Below are positions 46,487 to 56,460 of a DNA stretch of 64,000 nt, piece by piece. The notes under the pieces were generated by a model. That model saw only the letters and a program-made list of their open reading frames with translations, had not been told where the DNA came from and ran no database searches. Source of the DNA: a virus; IMG/VR virus record IMGVR_UViG_3300046170_000478, positions 30,028-94,027 of that record; one strand, written 5' to 3'. Position numbers and translations under genes: made by a program. How positions within the stretch are numbered: position 1 is the first letter of the stretch; each line of letters starts with the position of its first letter.

Positions 46487-48009
46487 TCCATTCATTTGAT
46501 TTAGAGAAGAAAGTTTTAAGTGGTGTTCTCCAACACCAGCATAAGTGGGAAGAGATCTCTAGTTTTTTAAACGAGAGGGATTTCTATTCTGATGATTCCA
46601 AGGTTAATGTATCAATATTTAAGCTCCTTAAAAACGCCTTAAATAATGCGGAGAATATAGATGAAACAATTTTAGTTCAAAGGATTCATCAATTGAAAGC
46701 AACATTCCCTGATAGCGTTGATGTTGCAGAATACATCTATTCACTAGCCTTCTACAAGATAACAGAAAATATATTCTTAAGTTCTGTCAGGGAACTGAAA
46801 AAGTTTACAGCACGTAGAGAGATCTATAACAGCTGTAAAAACGTGGCTGATTTCGTTAAAAAGGCGGACCCAAACCTTAAATATGGAGATATTGTCGAGC
46901 AATCTGATCAGATCTATAATCAGAATATAAAGGATTTTGAAATGACAGAGGCTGGACCAGTCAATTTGTTTGATATGATGGAAGAGCTTGTTGAGGATAG
47001 AGGGAATAATCCCGTTGAAGATTTTGGGATGCTTGGTCCTCACCCAAGGGTCAATGATATGTACGGGTCACTATTACTAGCGGGGAATATTTCTGTGATT
47101 GTAGCTAGGTCTGGAGTCGGCAAGACTAACTTTTGCATGGATTACACAACAAAAGTTTCTGCTGAGCATGGTGTTCCAGTTCTCCACTTTGATAATGGAG
47201 AGATGAGTGAAGATGAATTGATTTTCAGGCAGTGCTCTGCAATGACAGGTATACCTGTATGGCTATTACAAACAGGCAAGTGGAGGACAACAGCTTATAA
47301 AGACTGGAGTGTAGAAGAGGTTGTTGAAAAAGTAAGATCTGCTTGGGGGAAGATAAAGGACATGGAATTTTATTATGAAAATGTCGCAGGATTATCCCCT
47401 GATGAAATGTGTTCTTTATTGAAGAGGTTTTATTTCTCAAAAATAGGAAGAGGGAACCGCTTAATATTTAGTTTTGATTATATTAAGAGCGATTTTGGAA
47501 GTATTGGAAAGGTAGATGGTTGGCAGCAAGTCTCCTATTTGGTCCATAAATTCAAACAGACAATTCATAGAGACTTATCTTTTGATGGGAAGCCATGTGT
47601 TTCTATGTTGACTTCGGTTCAGTCTAATAGACTCGGTATTACAAATAATAGAAATGCTGGAGCAATTGTTGATGATGAGAGCGTAGTTTCTCTTTCAGAT
47701 GGAATCACCCAGTTCTGCTCTCATTTGTTTTTACTGAGGAGAAAGGTTGCAGAGGAGATCCATGATGAAGGGTCTAATTTCGGCACTCATAAGCTTATTA
47801 ATTTGAAGGCAAGACACTTGGGGAGAGATGCTTTGAGGGCCATTCATCCTGTAGAGATGCCTGATGGCACGAAGAGGCAGAATTTTGTTAACTTAAAGTT
47901 AGAAAATTTTAGGATTGATGAATGCGGCGACTTACAAGATATTGTAGATTCTTTTAATGGAGAAGGAATTGAAGTTCGCCAAAATGATCTGGAACAAATA
48001 CCAATGTGA
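46483..48009 (+). CDS. dnaB: replicative DNA helicase (DnaB family)
   Basis: EKKVLSGVL N-domain, ARSGVGKT, NGEM, FDYIK and VQSNR. Confidence 0.9.
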   Translation: MIHSFDLEKKVLSGVLQHQHKWEEISSFLNERDFYSDDSKVNVSIFKLLKNALNNAENIDETILVQRIHQLKATFPDSVDVAEYIYSLAFYKITENIFLSSVRELKKFTARREIYNSCKNVADFVKKADPNLKYGDIVEQSDQIYNQNIKDFEMTEAGPVNLFDMMEELVEDRGNNPVEDFGMLGPHPRVNDMYGSLLLAGNISVIVARSGVGKTNFCMDYTTKVSAEHGVPVLHFDNGEMSEDELIFRQCSAMTGIPVWLLQTGKWRTTAYKDWSVEEVVEKVRSAWGKIKDMEFYYENVAGLSPDEMCSLLKRFYFSKIGRGNRLIFSFDYIKSDFGSIGKVDGWQQVSYLVHKFKQTIHRDLSFDGKPCVSMLTSVQSNRLGITNNRNAGAIVDDESVVSLSDGITQFCSHLFLLRRKVAEEIHDEGSNFGTHKLINLKARHLGRDALRAIHPVEMPDGTKRQNFVNLKLENFRIDECGDLQDIVDSFNGEGIEVRQNDLEQIPM

Positions 48010-49055
48010 TGAACTATAAAGAGGTTCTTGAAAATCTTGGTTATCGACTGAAGGACCATGGTTCATATTGGAGGACGAATGCAGTTTATAGATCTGGAGA
48101 TAACTCTACTGCCCTTCAGATATATAAAGACACGGGAGTTTGGAAGGATTATGTTGAGGAATCTCAATTTATGCCGTTTGAGGCTCTACTAAAAAAGACT
48201 CTAAACACTAGTGACGATAAAGCAGTAAGTCATTATTTAAAAGATAATGGTGTAAGTATAGGGGCAAGGATTAAACAAAAGCATCTTTTGAAAGAGGAAA
48301 AGACATACCCAGAGCGAGCATTGACTAAGCTCGTTCCTCATTACGATTTTTACTTGGATAAGGGGATCAGCAGGAATACTTTAGAAGACTTTAAGTGTGG
48401 GTTGGCGATGTCTGGCAAAATGTATCAGAGAGTTATATTTCCGATCTTTAGAAAAGATGGACGTATACATGGGTTCTCTGGAAGAAAGGTTACACAGGAT
48501 GATAGGCCCAAATGGTTGCATATGGGGAAGTCTTCTAATTGGTTATTTCCATATTACAATATAGAGTCAGTTAGAGATGAGATAATACAGAAAGAATCAG
48601 TTCACATTGTAGAGTCTATAGGAGACTGTCTTTCTCTTTATGAGAAGGGGATAAAAAATGTTTTAGTCTCTTTCGGGCTGAATATATCTCCAACTTTCAT
48701 ATCAAGATTAGCTCTTTTGCCTATAAAAAAGATTTTTATATCATTTAATAATGACGAAAACTCTTCTGTTAATAGGGGTTTTGAGGGAGCAATCAAATCT
48801 GTATTTAAATTAGTAGAGTCAATAGACTTTGATAAAGTGTATTTCATGCCTCCAGAAGAAAATGATTTTGGAGAGATGAATGAAATCCAAATAGAAAAAT
48901 ACGCGACTGAGTGTTATAATAAACAACACCAAAACTCGATGTCTCAAGTTTTAAAGATTGCGAGAGACATGGATAAAAAGGGTGTTAACAAAAGTTTTTC
49001 CTCATCACTTAAAAAACTAATGAAGAAAAACGCATTTTATTATGGAGACTTTTGA
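48006..49055 (+). CDS. dnaG: DNA primase (DnaG/Toprim)
   Basis: RVIFPI...HGFSGR...PKW, IVESIGD and FNND...DFG. Confidence 0.8.
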   Translation: MMNYKEVLENLGYRLKDHGSYWRTNAVYRSGDNSTALQIYKDTGVWKDYVEESQFMPFEALLKKTLNTSDDKAVSHYLKDNGVSIGARIKQKHLLKEEKTYPERALTKLVPHYDFYLDKGISRNTLEDFKCGLAMSGKMYQRVIFPIFRKDGRIHGFSGRKVTQDDRPKWLHMGKSSNWLFPYYNIESVRDEIIQKESVHIVESIGDCLSLYEKGIKNVLVSFGLNISPTFISRLALLPIKKIFISFNNDENSSVNRGFEGAIKSVFKLVESIDFDKVYFMPPEENDFGEMNEIQIEKYATECYNKQHQNSMSQVLKIARDMDKKGVNKSFSSSLKKLMKKNAFYYGDF

Positions 49056-50082
49056 TAATAAGCCCTTATCAGCATCACGGATTAAGACGTTACAGACATG
49101 TTCTTGGCAATATTGGTGCAAATACCACTTGAGACTTCCTGATAAGTCTAATCATGGTTCCTTGAGAGGTACAATATGCCATGCTATATTTGAAAATTTA
49201 GGAAATCCTAGGCATAAGAAGCATTACAAAGCAATCGTCAAGGCTCAAGATATAAATGTCAGCCATCCTATTAGAAGGATGGTAGAAGCTTATGCTAAAA
49301 AATATGAGATAGATGACTTTGAAAACATGGATCTTATCAACAGGATGACGGTTGAAGGTTTAAATTATGATTTTTTTGGGGATTCTGAGGGAAAGCCCAC
49401 TGAGTCCATTTCAGAAAAAGATTTTGATATTAAGGTCAATGATGGGGATAAAAATTATAGGATACTGGGTTTTATAGATAAGCTGTTTTTATTTAAACGT
49501 AAAAAGATGGCTGTTATCCGAGACTTCAAAACTTCAAAAAGCATTTTTGAAGGGAAGGAGTATAGCGATAATATGCAGGATTATATGTATTGTCTTGCGA
49601 TCAAGTATCTTTACCCAGAATACCTAAAGAGACGGATGGAATTTTTATTTCTTAAGTTTGATTTAAATGGAGAAGGTCTTTTGGAAATGGAGCCTCTAGA
49701 GGAGTTAGACTTAGAAGGATTTGAGTATTTTCTAACTGAGGTCCAACAGGTTATAAATAACTTTAGCGAAAAAGCTGGTAAAAGTGGCTTGGCTTGGGAG
49801 AAGGGGTACCCCAAAAAAGAAGAGGGTTTTGCTGGTAGAATTGTTTGCGGTAGAGCGGATTTTGCTGGGCAATTAAAAAAAGATGGCAGTCCGATGTGGC
49901 ACTGTCCATTCAAGTTTGCTAGAGATTATTATCACCTAGAGGATAGAGAGGGAAAATTTATCTCTTCAGCAGACAATAAGGAAGATTTACAAGAGCGCTT
50001 CAAAGAAGGGTTCAGAATTAAAAAATTAAAATATGCAGGATGCCCTGCTTTTTCATTTGACAAGCGAGTAGAACTCTTGTAA
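49042..50082 (+). CDS. PD-(D/E)XK exonuclease (RecB/AddB/Cas4-like)
   Basis: LSASRIKTLQTC, GTICH, GFIDKL, IRDFKTS, Q..MY and C-terminal cysteines. Confidence 0.85.
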   Translation: METFDNKPLSASRIKTLQTCSWQYWCKYHLRLPDKSNHGSLRGTICHAIFENLGNPRHKKHYKAIVKAQDINVSHPIRRMVEAYAKKYEIDDFENMDLINRMTVEGLNYDFFGDSEGKPTESISEKDFDIKVNDGDKNYRILGFIDKLFLFKRKKMAVIRDFKTSKSIFEGKEYSDNMQDYMYCLAIKYLYPEYLKRRMEFLFLKFDLNGEGLLEMEPLEELDLEGFEYFLTEVQQVINNFSEKAGKSGLAWEKGYPKKEEGFAGRIVCGRADFAGQLKKDGSPMWHCPFKFARDYYHLEDREGKFISSADNKEDLQERFKEGFRIKKLKYAGCPAFSFDKRVELL

Positions 50083-50093
50083 TTTACAAGAGT
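50057..50093 (+). promoter_or_regulatory. sigma70-type promoter overlapped by a perfect palindrome
   Basis: TTGACA-N17-TAATTT ending 6 nt before GTG 50092. ACTCTTGTAA-T-TTACAAGAGT at 50073-50093. Confidence 0.55.
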
Positions 50094-50793
50094 GATACCG
50101 TTATTCAAAAGTAACTTCAGCATAGGAAGATCTCTCTTAAGAGTAGAGGATCTAGTAGATATTGCTCAATCAGGAGACATAAATAAAATGATTCTGGTAG
50201 AGGATAACTTCTACGGGTTTAGAGTCGTGAATAAAGCTTTCTTAGAAATCGGCATACCCATGATTTATGGAGTTAGATTACCTGTGGTACAATCTAGTTT
50301 TTATCTAGAAAAGCCAAGTAAATTAATTTTCTTCCCAAAGAATAACAAGGGAGTCTCAGTTGTGAGGAAATTATATACTAAGTGCTTTACTAGTGAAGGA
50401 GACTGTTTACATTTATCTGAGTTGGGGGACGCAGAGCTTGATGATGTTAGTATCGGAGTCCCGTTTTATGACTCTTATGTCTACAATAATATTTTTCACT
50501 TTGGTCTTTGCGAACTTTCCTTAAGTAATTATGATCATTTTTACATAGAAGAGTCAAACCAGCATCCATTTGATTTCCAAATTAGTTCTGCTTTAAAGAA
50601 GCTTCAGGTCAAAACAGAGAAGGCGAAAAGTATTTATTACAGAGATAAAGAAGACTTTGAGGCATTCCAAATGTACAAAGCTGTTTGCAGTAGAAAACAA
50701 GGCAGAGTGCCGACTTACAGTAACCCAAGATTGGACGACTTTTGTTCCAATGAATTTTCATACGAATCCTTTTTAGAACATGTTGCCAAGTAA
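50092..50793 (+). CDS. stand-alone PHP domain of DNA polymerase III alpha (metal ligands degenerate)
   Basis: FKSNFSIGRSLLRVEDLV, LVEDNFYGF, MIYGV, FPKNNKG and IYYRDKEDFEA parallel the DnaE PHP motifs. Confidence 0.75.
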   Translation: MIPLFKSNFSIGRSLLRVEDLVDIAQSGDINKMILVEDNFYGFRVVNKAFLEIGIPMIYGVRLPVVQSSFYLEKPSKLIFFPKNNKGVSVVRKLYTKCFTSEGDCLHLSELGDAELDDVSIGVPFYDSYVYNNIFHFGLCELSLSNYDHFYIEESNQHPFDFQISSALKKLQVKTEKAKSIYYRDKEDFEAFQMYKAVCSRKQGRVPTYSNPRLDDFCSNEFSYESFLEHVAK

Positions 50794-51394
50794 CCAAAAA
50801 TATCTAGTCTTTGATACAGAAACCGAAGGTTTAAATTTACATTCCTCCAAACCTTGGCAGTTATCTTGGATAATTTGTCAGGGAAACAAGGTTTTAGAAG
50901 AGCATGATGAATTCATCTCTCATAAAGAGCTTAACATCCCAAGTGCTGTAAAAGAAATGACAGGGTTCAACTGGGATCATTATAATAAAAAATCCAGATC
51001 TCTTTCAGAGGTTTGGTCTAAATTTGAAAGCTACTTATTTGACCCGCAATATATTGTGGTCGGGCAAAACTTACTTGGCTTTGATGTCTATATGGTAGCT
51101 CTCTTGCAGAGGATGTTAAGTCAAGAGCCTGATTACTCTTATTTACCTAGAATCTATGATACCAGAGCTTTAGGTAAAGCATATAGAGAGGAATTAGATA
51201 AGCCGAAGAGTGATATGTTGAGCTGGCAATACAAAATTATTAATGACCGAAGTCTTAAGGCGAAGGTCTCACAAAATCAGCTATTGAAATTTTTCGGTAT
51301 AGAGTTTGAGGAGGAAAAGCTCCATAATGCCATGTATGATATCAAGAAGTGTTATGAAATTTTCTTAAAATTAAAGAAACATATGAATTTATAA
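50780..51394 (+). CDS. DEDDh 3'-5' exonuclease (DnaQ/epsilon-like)
   Basis: VFDTETEG, GQNLLGFD, YDT and LHNAMYD. Confidence 0.88.
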   Translation: MLPSNQKYLVFDTETEGLNLHSSKPWQLSWIICQGNKVLEEHDEFISHKELNIPSAVKEMTGFNWDHYNKKSRSLSEVWSKFESYLFDPQYIVVGQNLLGFDVYMVALLQRMLSQEPDYSYLPRIYDTRALGKAYREELDKPKSDMLSWQYKIINDRSLKAKVSQNQLLKFFGIEFEEEKLHNAMYDIKKCYEIFLKLKKHMNL

Positions 51395-53955
51395 TGTTTG
51401 AAGACTTCACACCATATGATGATTGCGAGCCAGCTGGGGTTGAGCTTCCGAAAACAGTTGTTAACGAATCAAAGTTAAAGGAGCTAGGTCTGGATCTAGA
51501 TAGCACGAATAAGGAGATCCTATATGAGCTTGCAAGGAAGGGGTTAAAAGATCGTGGTATTATACGGTACGAAAATAAAGAAGTTTATTTTTCTAGAACA
51601 CAACAAGAGTTAGAGACTCTGGTAGATTTGGATTTTACAGATTATATCTTGCTTAACTGGGATGTCCTCAATTTTTGCCATGACAATAATATTCCAACTG
51701 GTGCTGGCCGAGGTTCTGCTGCAGGTTCTCTTGTTTTATATTTGCTAGGAGTTACTAATATTGATCCTATACCTAATAATCTTTTTTTTGAGCGATTTGT
51801 GTCTAAATCAAGAGCAAAGAAGGTTGAAGACAAAAGGGGTAATAAATTTCTTGTTGGGAGTCTCCTCCCAGATGTTGATTCTGATATTTCTTATGATCAA
51901 AGACATAAGGTTATAGAATATATTGAGAGGAAACACGAGGGTAGGACAGCAAAAATACTTACGTTTAATACTTTTAGCTCCAAGCTCTGTATTAGAGAAG
52001 CTACTAAATACTTTGATCGAGCGAAAGAGATTGAAGCTAATAGAGTTTCGGATATGATACCTAAAATTCATGGAAAAGTTTTTTCTTTGAATCAGGCGAG
52101 AGAGGAGGGGGAAAGTTTTAAATCTTGGGTTAAGAGCCACAAGAAAACATTTGAAAATGCTTTGAAGGTAGAAGGTCTACCGAAGAACTCTGGGGTCCAT
52201 CCCTCTGGGATTGCTATTTGTTCTAAGAAAATTGAGGATATGGTTCCTCTTCAGAGAACTAAGGACGGAGATTTAATTACTGGCTACGACATGAATGATG
52301 TAGCAGATCTAATGGTCAAGTTTGATATCTTGGGGTTAAGAACATTGACTATTGCTCACAAGACCTGTGATAAAGTACAGGTTGATCTTGAGGATATTGA
52401 CCCAAATGATAAATTAATTTACGATATTCTCCAAGATTTCAAACATCCCATGGGATTGTTCCAGATTTCAGCTGAGACAAACTTTAAAGTTTGTAGAAAA
52501 GTTAAACCAGTAGATATTAATGAGCTTTCAGATGTTGTTGCTCTTGCTAGGCCAGCAGCTCTCCAGTTTGTAGATTCTTACAAGAACCAGAAAGATGACC
52601 CTACAGAGTTAAATTTAAATCCAGAGCTAGATAATATTTTATCTTGGTCAAAGAACGTTATCTTGTATCAAGAGCAATTAATGCAAATCGCCCACAACGT
52701 TTTTGGATTAAGTCTTGAAGAAGCGGAGGTTCTCAGAAGGATAGTGGGAAAGAAAAAGGTGGATGAAATGCCCAAGTGGAAGGATAGAATTTATGATGCA
52801 GCCAAATCAAGGAGCTTGAGTGAAGAAATAGCTGACTTTTATTGGAATTCTCTGGTCGCAGCGTCTCATTACTCTTTCAACAAGTCTCATAGCTTTGCTT
52901 ATGCGGACTTGGCGGCTAAGACGGTTTATCTTAAACACACTTACCCTCAGGAATTTTTTCTTTCAATCTTGGAATGTTCTGAATTTGATCCAGAGCCGCT
53001 GGAGGTAATATCTGGAGTAAATGAAGAATTATCTGACTTCGGTATCAAAATGTTACCGCCCTGTTTGTTTAAATCAGATTTTAATTTTAAAATAGAGGGG
53101 AATGACATCAGGTATGGATTAAATAGTATTAAAGGAATTTCTTTGAAATCTATACAAAGCTTAATCGATTTTAGAGGAAAAAAATTTAATAATAAATACG
53201 AGGTTTTTCTAGCCGCAAAGCAGTGTGGGATTAACATCTCTGTTTTAGCTGCGCTTATCCAAGCTGGAACAATGGATAACACAGGCACAAATAGAACTCG
53301 GCTAGTATTAGAGGCTCAATCATTTAATCTGTTAACAGACAGGGAGAAGAGGAATTTTGTTAAGATGGGAGAAAGGTTTGGGTATGATATATTGAAGGCA
53401 ATATCAGAAGTCGTTAAGAATCAAACTTTGGCAGATGATAACCGCCCTATAATGAAAGAGAAGCGATTCGGCACATTTGAAAAGAAGTATTCGGGTTATA
53501 AAAAAATATATAATCAGAATAGGAAACACGAGATGTTTTCAAATTGGAGGTATGAGACTACTTTATTGGGATATAGTTATTCTCATAATCTACGAGATTG
53601 CTTTATAGATAGGTTTTCTTCTTTAGTAGATATAAAGGAGCTAGACTTTTTTACTGACAGGGAAACATTCCAAGTGGTCGGGGAGGTAAAAGATTTTTTC
53701 GTTAGAGTGTCTTCTAATGACAATAAATATATGATACTAACAATTTGCGATAATACTGCGACGAAGAATTTTCTATTTATGGATAATAGCAGAGAACAGA
53801 AGCTATCTAATTTTCTTGCGCGTGGCAAAAAGATTGCAAAGAATCAAGTAATTGTTATAAATGGCTCAAGAAGTAGCGATGCCTTCTTTGTAGATAAAAT
53901 AAATTCAATCGATACAGATATATATATGAAATTGAAAGAGGTAAAAAATGACTAG
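51394..53955 (+). CDS. dnaE: DNA polymerase III alpha catalytic core (lacking PHP domain)
   Basis: GAGRGSAAGSLV, LFFERF, PDVDSD, HPSG, KFDILGLRTL, LYQEQLM, YSFNKSH and a C-terminal OB fold. Confidence 0.93.
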   Translation: MFEDFTPYDDCEPAGVELPKTVVNESKLKELGLDLDSTNKEILYELARKGLKDRGIIRYENKEVYFSRTQQELETLVDLDFTDYILLNWDVLNFCHDNNIPTGAGRGSAAGSLVLYLLGVTNIDPIPNNLFFERFVSKSRAKKVEDKRGNKFLVGSLLPDVDSDISYDQRHKVIEYIERKHEGRTAKILTFNTFSSKLCIREATKYFDRAKEIEANRVSDMIPKIHGKVFSLNQAREEGESFKSWVKSHKKTFENALKVEGLPKNSGVHPSGIAICSKKIEDMVPLQRTKDGDLITGYDMNDVADLMVKFDILGLRTLTIAHKTCDKVQVDLEDIDPNDKLIYDILQDFKHPMGLFQISAETNFKVCRKVKPVDINELSDVVALARPAALQFVDSYKNQKDDPTELNLNPELDNILSWSKNVILYQEQLMQIAHNVFGLSLEEAEVLRRIVGKKKVDEMPKWKDRIYDAAKSRSLSEEIADFYWNSLVAASHYSFNKSHSFAYADLAAKTVYLKHTYPQEFFLSILECSEFDPEPLEVISGVNEELSDFGIKMLPPCLFKSDFNFKIEGNDIRYGLNSIKGISLKSIQSLIDFRGKKFNNKYEVFLAAKQCGINISVLAALIQAGTMDNTGTNRTRLVLEAQSFNLLTDREKRNFVKMGERFGYDILKAISEVVKNQTLADDNRPIMKEKRFGTFEKKYSGYKKIYNQNRKHEMFSNWRYETTLLGYSYSHNLRDCFIDRFSSLVDIKELDFFTDRETFQVVGEVKDFFVRVSSNDNKYMILTICDNTATKNFLFMDNSREQKLSNFLARGKKIAKNQVIVINGSRSSDAFFVDKINSIDTDIYMKLKEVKND

Positions 53956-56290
53956 CCTTCCTTTTACCCCACATATAGAAGGAGTAATCAAAACAACTGA
54001 AGAGTTGTGTGATGTTTTATACAGGAATGGAGCGGATACAGATTTGTTTTTCCACTGCTTCTTGAATGACTTAAGTGAGTCTTGCTCCTCTATTTTTAAA
54101 AAAGTAGATATTGAACCCAAAGATCTTTTAAAAGAGTCTCGCAAGGTTTTAAGCAAGAAAAGAAAAAATAAGTATACGAAGAAGTTTCTAAAGACAGAGG
54201 TCAGGAAGCTCTTGAGAGAAGCGGAAAAAGTTTCACGGGAGAGTTTTTCCTTGGATTACATACCTCCAGAGGTCATTTTGATGGTGTTCTTTGAAGAAGA
54301 GTATTCGCCTAAGGTAATTAAAAAATTATTTCCAGCAGGAGATGAGGCTTCTGCGGAGGTGGTATTGGGATTTATTACAGAGTCTTCTTTGATTGTCAAA
54401 GATGTGGATTTTGGCAGTGATTTTGTAGATGCTCCGATTAATACTCCAGAGGATTGGATAGATATGTTCTCTAAGAATGAGATATTATCACAATTTGCTG
54501 AAAATTTAAATTTAAAAGCTTTAAATCAAGACTTTGACACTATCGTTGATTTTGACGGCAAGATAGATGAGATAGCTACTGTGCTTTGCAGGAAAAAAAA
54601 GCCGAATGCATTACTTGTGGGGCCAGCTGGGACGGGCAAGACTTCTTTGGTCGAGGGATTAGCTTCTAAAATAGTTTCTGGACATGCTCCAGAGCTGATA
54701 GCCAACAAGGTTATTTACTCCGTCAGCTTGTCAAGTATGGTTGCTGGCACAGAATATCGGGGTCAGTTTGAAAAACGCTTAGAAGATTTCGTTTCTGAAG
54801 CTAAAAAATATTCTAACTTAGTTTTATTTATCGATGAAGTTCATACCTTAGTGGGGGCGGGAGGAGCTACCAATAATTCCTTAGAAGCTTCAAACATACT
54901 TAAGCCAGAATTGGCTCGTGGGACGATTAGCTGCATTGGAGCTACAACTATTAATGAGTATACTAATACGATTAAGAAAGACTCAGCGCTTGATCGGAGG
55001 TTTGAGCGGATCTCAATTCGTGAACCATCTAAATTTCAGATGAAAGAGATTTTGCCTACAATAACCTCATATTATGAAGACTTTCATGGAGTGAGTTATA
55101 CTGATAGATTCTTAGATAATGTGATGGACTATTGTGAGAAGTATATGCCTAATAAGTTTTATCCAGATAAGGCTATTGACGTTATTGATCACTGCGGCGC
55201 TCAATCAAAGGTGAGTCATAATGAGGTGGACCCATCTATAAAAGATCAGCAAATAGAAGCTATGTCAGCAGCACTAGATCCAGAGAGGGACCATTTACAG
55301 ATTTTAGAGAAGTTGAATGAATCATTAGAAAAGTGGGCGGGGTCTGTTTCTCAAAAGACTCCAGAGGTAAAGCTTCGTCATCTAAGGGATTTCTTTGACC
55401 GTAAGAAAAACCCGTTAAGTAATAGAGATGTAACAGATAAAGTATTTAATTGTATTGGCGACTCTATTATTGGCCAAAAACATTTTCTCAAAAAACTAAG
55501 GGAGAAGATGATTCTTTCTGGCCTTGGTATTCGGAAGACGGATAATTTTGCATCTCCAGATTGCTTTGTGATTAGTGGGCCAAGATTTAGCGGCAAGTCT
55601 TATTTTGTAGAATTATTGGAGGATGGTTTGGAAAAAAATTCTGTAAATGTATTGTCTTACAGTGGGGTCCATTTCTCAGATTCTTACGCAGCTCATAAAA
55701 TAGCCTCTTCAGATGGTCATAACACATCTATTTGTGAAAAAGTTTTAATCTCTCCGAATAGTGTTATAATTATAGATGATTTCCACAAAGTCAGCCCCTT
55801 ATCCATTCCTTTGTTTAATCAGATATTCAAGCATGGGCAGCTTCAAATGAGCAATGGGGATATTGCTGACTTTACAAATTGTAAAATATTTTTAACAAGC
55901 GCTGTTTCTACTAGTCAATCATCAATGGGGTTCCAAAAGGAGACCTCGGATAAAGATAATTTAATTATACACCCAGATATATTGTCACTTGTAGATGAAT
56001 GTTTTTCTCTAAAAGAGTTGAATAGCAAGGGGTTAAGAAGATTGCTTTGGTCTAAATTGAATAGATTAAAAAATAGATTAAAAGATAATAATATAGAATT
56101 AACCTTCAATTTCAATTATATTAAACACATTGTATCTCAAATTGATAAGGAAAAAATAAAAGTAGATGCTTTAAGTAAGAAGATGTTATCGGAAATCACG
56201 CCATTTGTTTCAGAGAGGGTTCTGTCTGGAGAAAAAAATATTGAACTTTTTGTTGAAAAAGGTTTAAATAAGCATGATCATACATTATGA
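53948..56290 (+). CDS. ClpA/ClpC-like AAA+ ATPase
   Basis: GPAGTGKT, AGTEYRGQFE, LFIDEVH, GATT, DSALDRRF and PDKAID. Degenerate second AAA domain with an SMGF loop. Confidence 0.88.
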   Translation: MTSLPFTPHIEGVIKTTEELCDVLYRNGADTDLFFHCFLNDLSESCSSIFKKVDIEPKDLLKESRKVLSKKRKNKYTKKFLKTEVRKLLREAEKVSRESFSLDYIPPEVILMVFFEEEYSPKVIKKLFPAGDEASAEVVLGFITESSLIVKDVDFGSDFVDAPINTPEDWIDMFSKNEILSQFAENLNLKALNQDFDTIVDFDGKIDEIATVLCRKKKPNALLVGPAGTGKTSLVEGLASKIVSGHAPELIANKVIYSVSLSSMVAGTEYRGQFEKRLEDFVSEAKKYSNLVLFIDEVHTLVGAGGATNNSLEASNILKPELARGTISCIGATTINEYTNTIKKDSALDRRFERISIREPSKFQMKEILPTITSYYEDFHGVSYTDRFLDNVMDYCEKYMPNKFYPDKAIDVIDHCGAQSKVSHNEVDPSIKDQQIEAMSAALDPERDHLQILEKLNESLEKWAGSVSQKTPEVKLRHLRDFFDRKKNPLSNRDVTDKVFNCIGDSIIGQKHFLKKLREKMILSGLGIRKTDNFASPDCFVISGPRFSGKSYFVELLEDGLEKNSVNVLSYSGVHFSDSYAAHKIASSDGHNTSICEKVLISPNSVIIIDDFHKVSPLSIPLFNQIFKHGQLQMSNGDIADFTNCKIFLTSAVSTSQSSMGFQKETSDKDNLIIHPDILSLVDECFSLKELNSKGLRRLLWSKLNRLKNRLKDNNIELTFNFNYIKHIVSQIDKEKIKVDALSKKMLSEITPFVSERVLSGEKNIELFVEKGLNKHDHTL

Positions 56291-56460
56291 GTGGTTCCAC
56301 TGCTAGGAGAATACGTGAGTTGATCGGCTACGACAAAAAAAACGGCAACCATATCCAAAAAAAACTTTACAAGATCCAGAAAAAACGCTATATTGAGTTG
56401 GGAGACGAAGAATACTGGAAAAGCGTCCAAGGAAGATTTACAAAAAAAGATCATGAGTGA
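56287..56460 (+). CDS. 57-aa basic protein (not in ORF track)
   Basis: MSGSTARRIRELIGYDKK...KKDHE*. ATGA overlap with the Clp gene and overlap with the next ATG (56453). Confidence 0.6.
   Translation: MSGSTARRIRELIGYDKKNGNHIQKKLYKIQKKRYIELGDEEYWKSVQGRFTKKDHE

Noticed and set aside
49042-50082. Cas4 as part of a CRISPR system
   Set aside because: No array or other cas genes. The context is a replication operon, typical of phage exonucleases.
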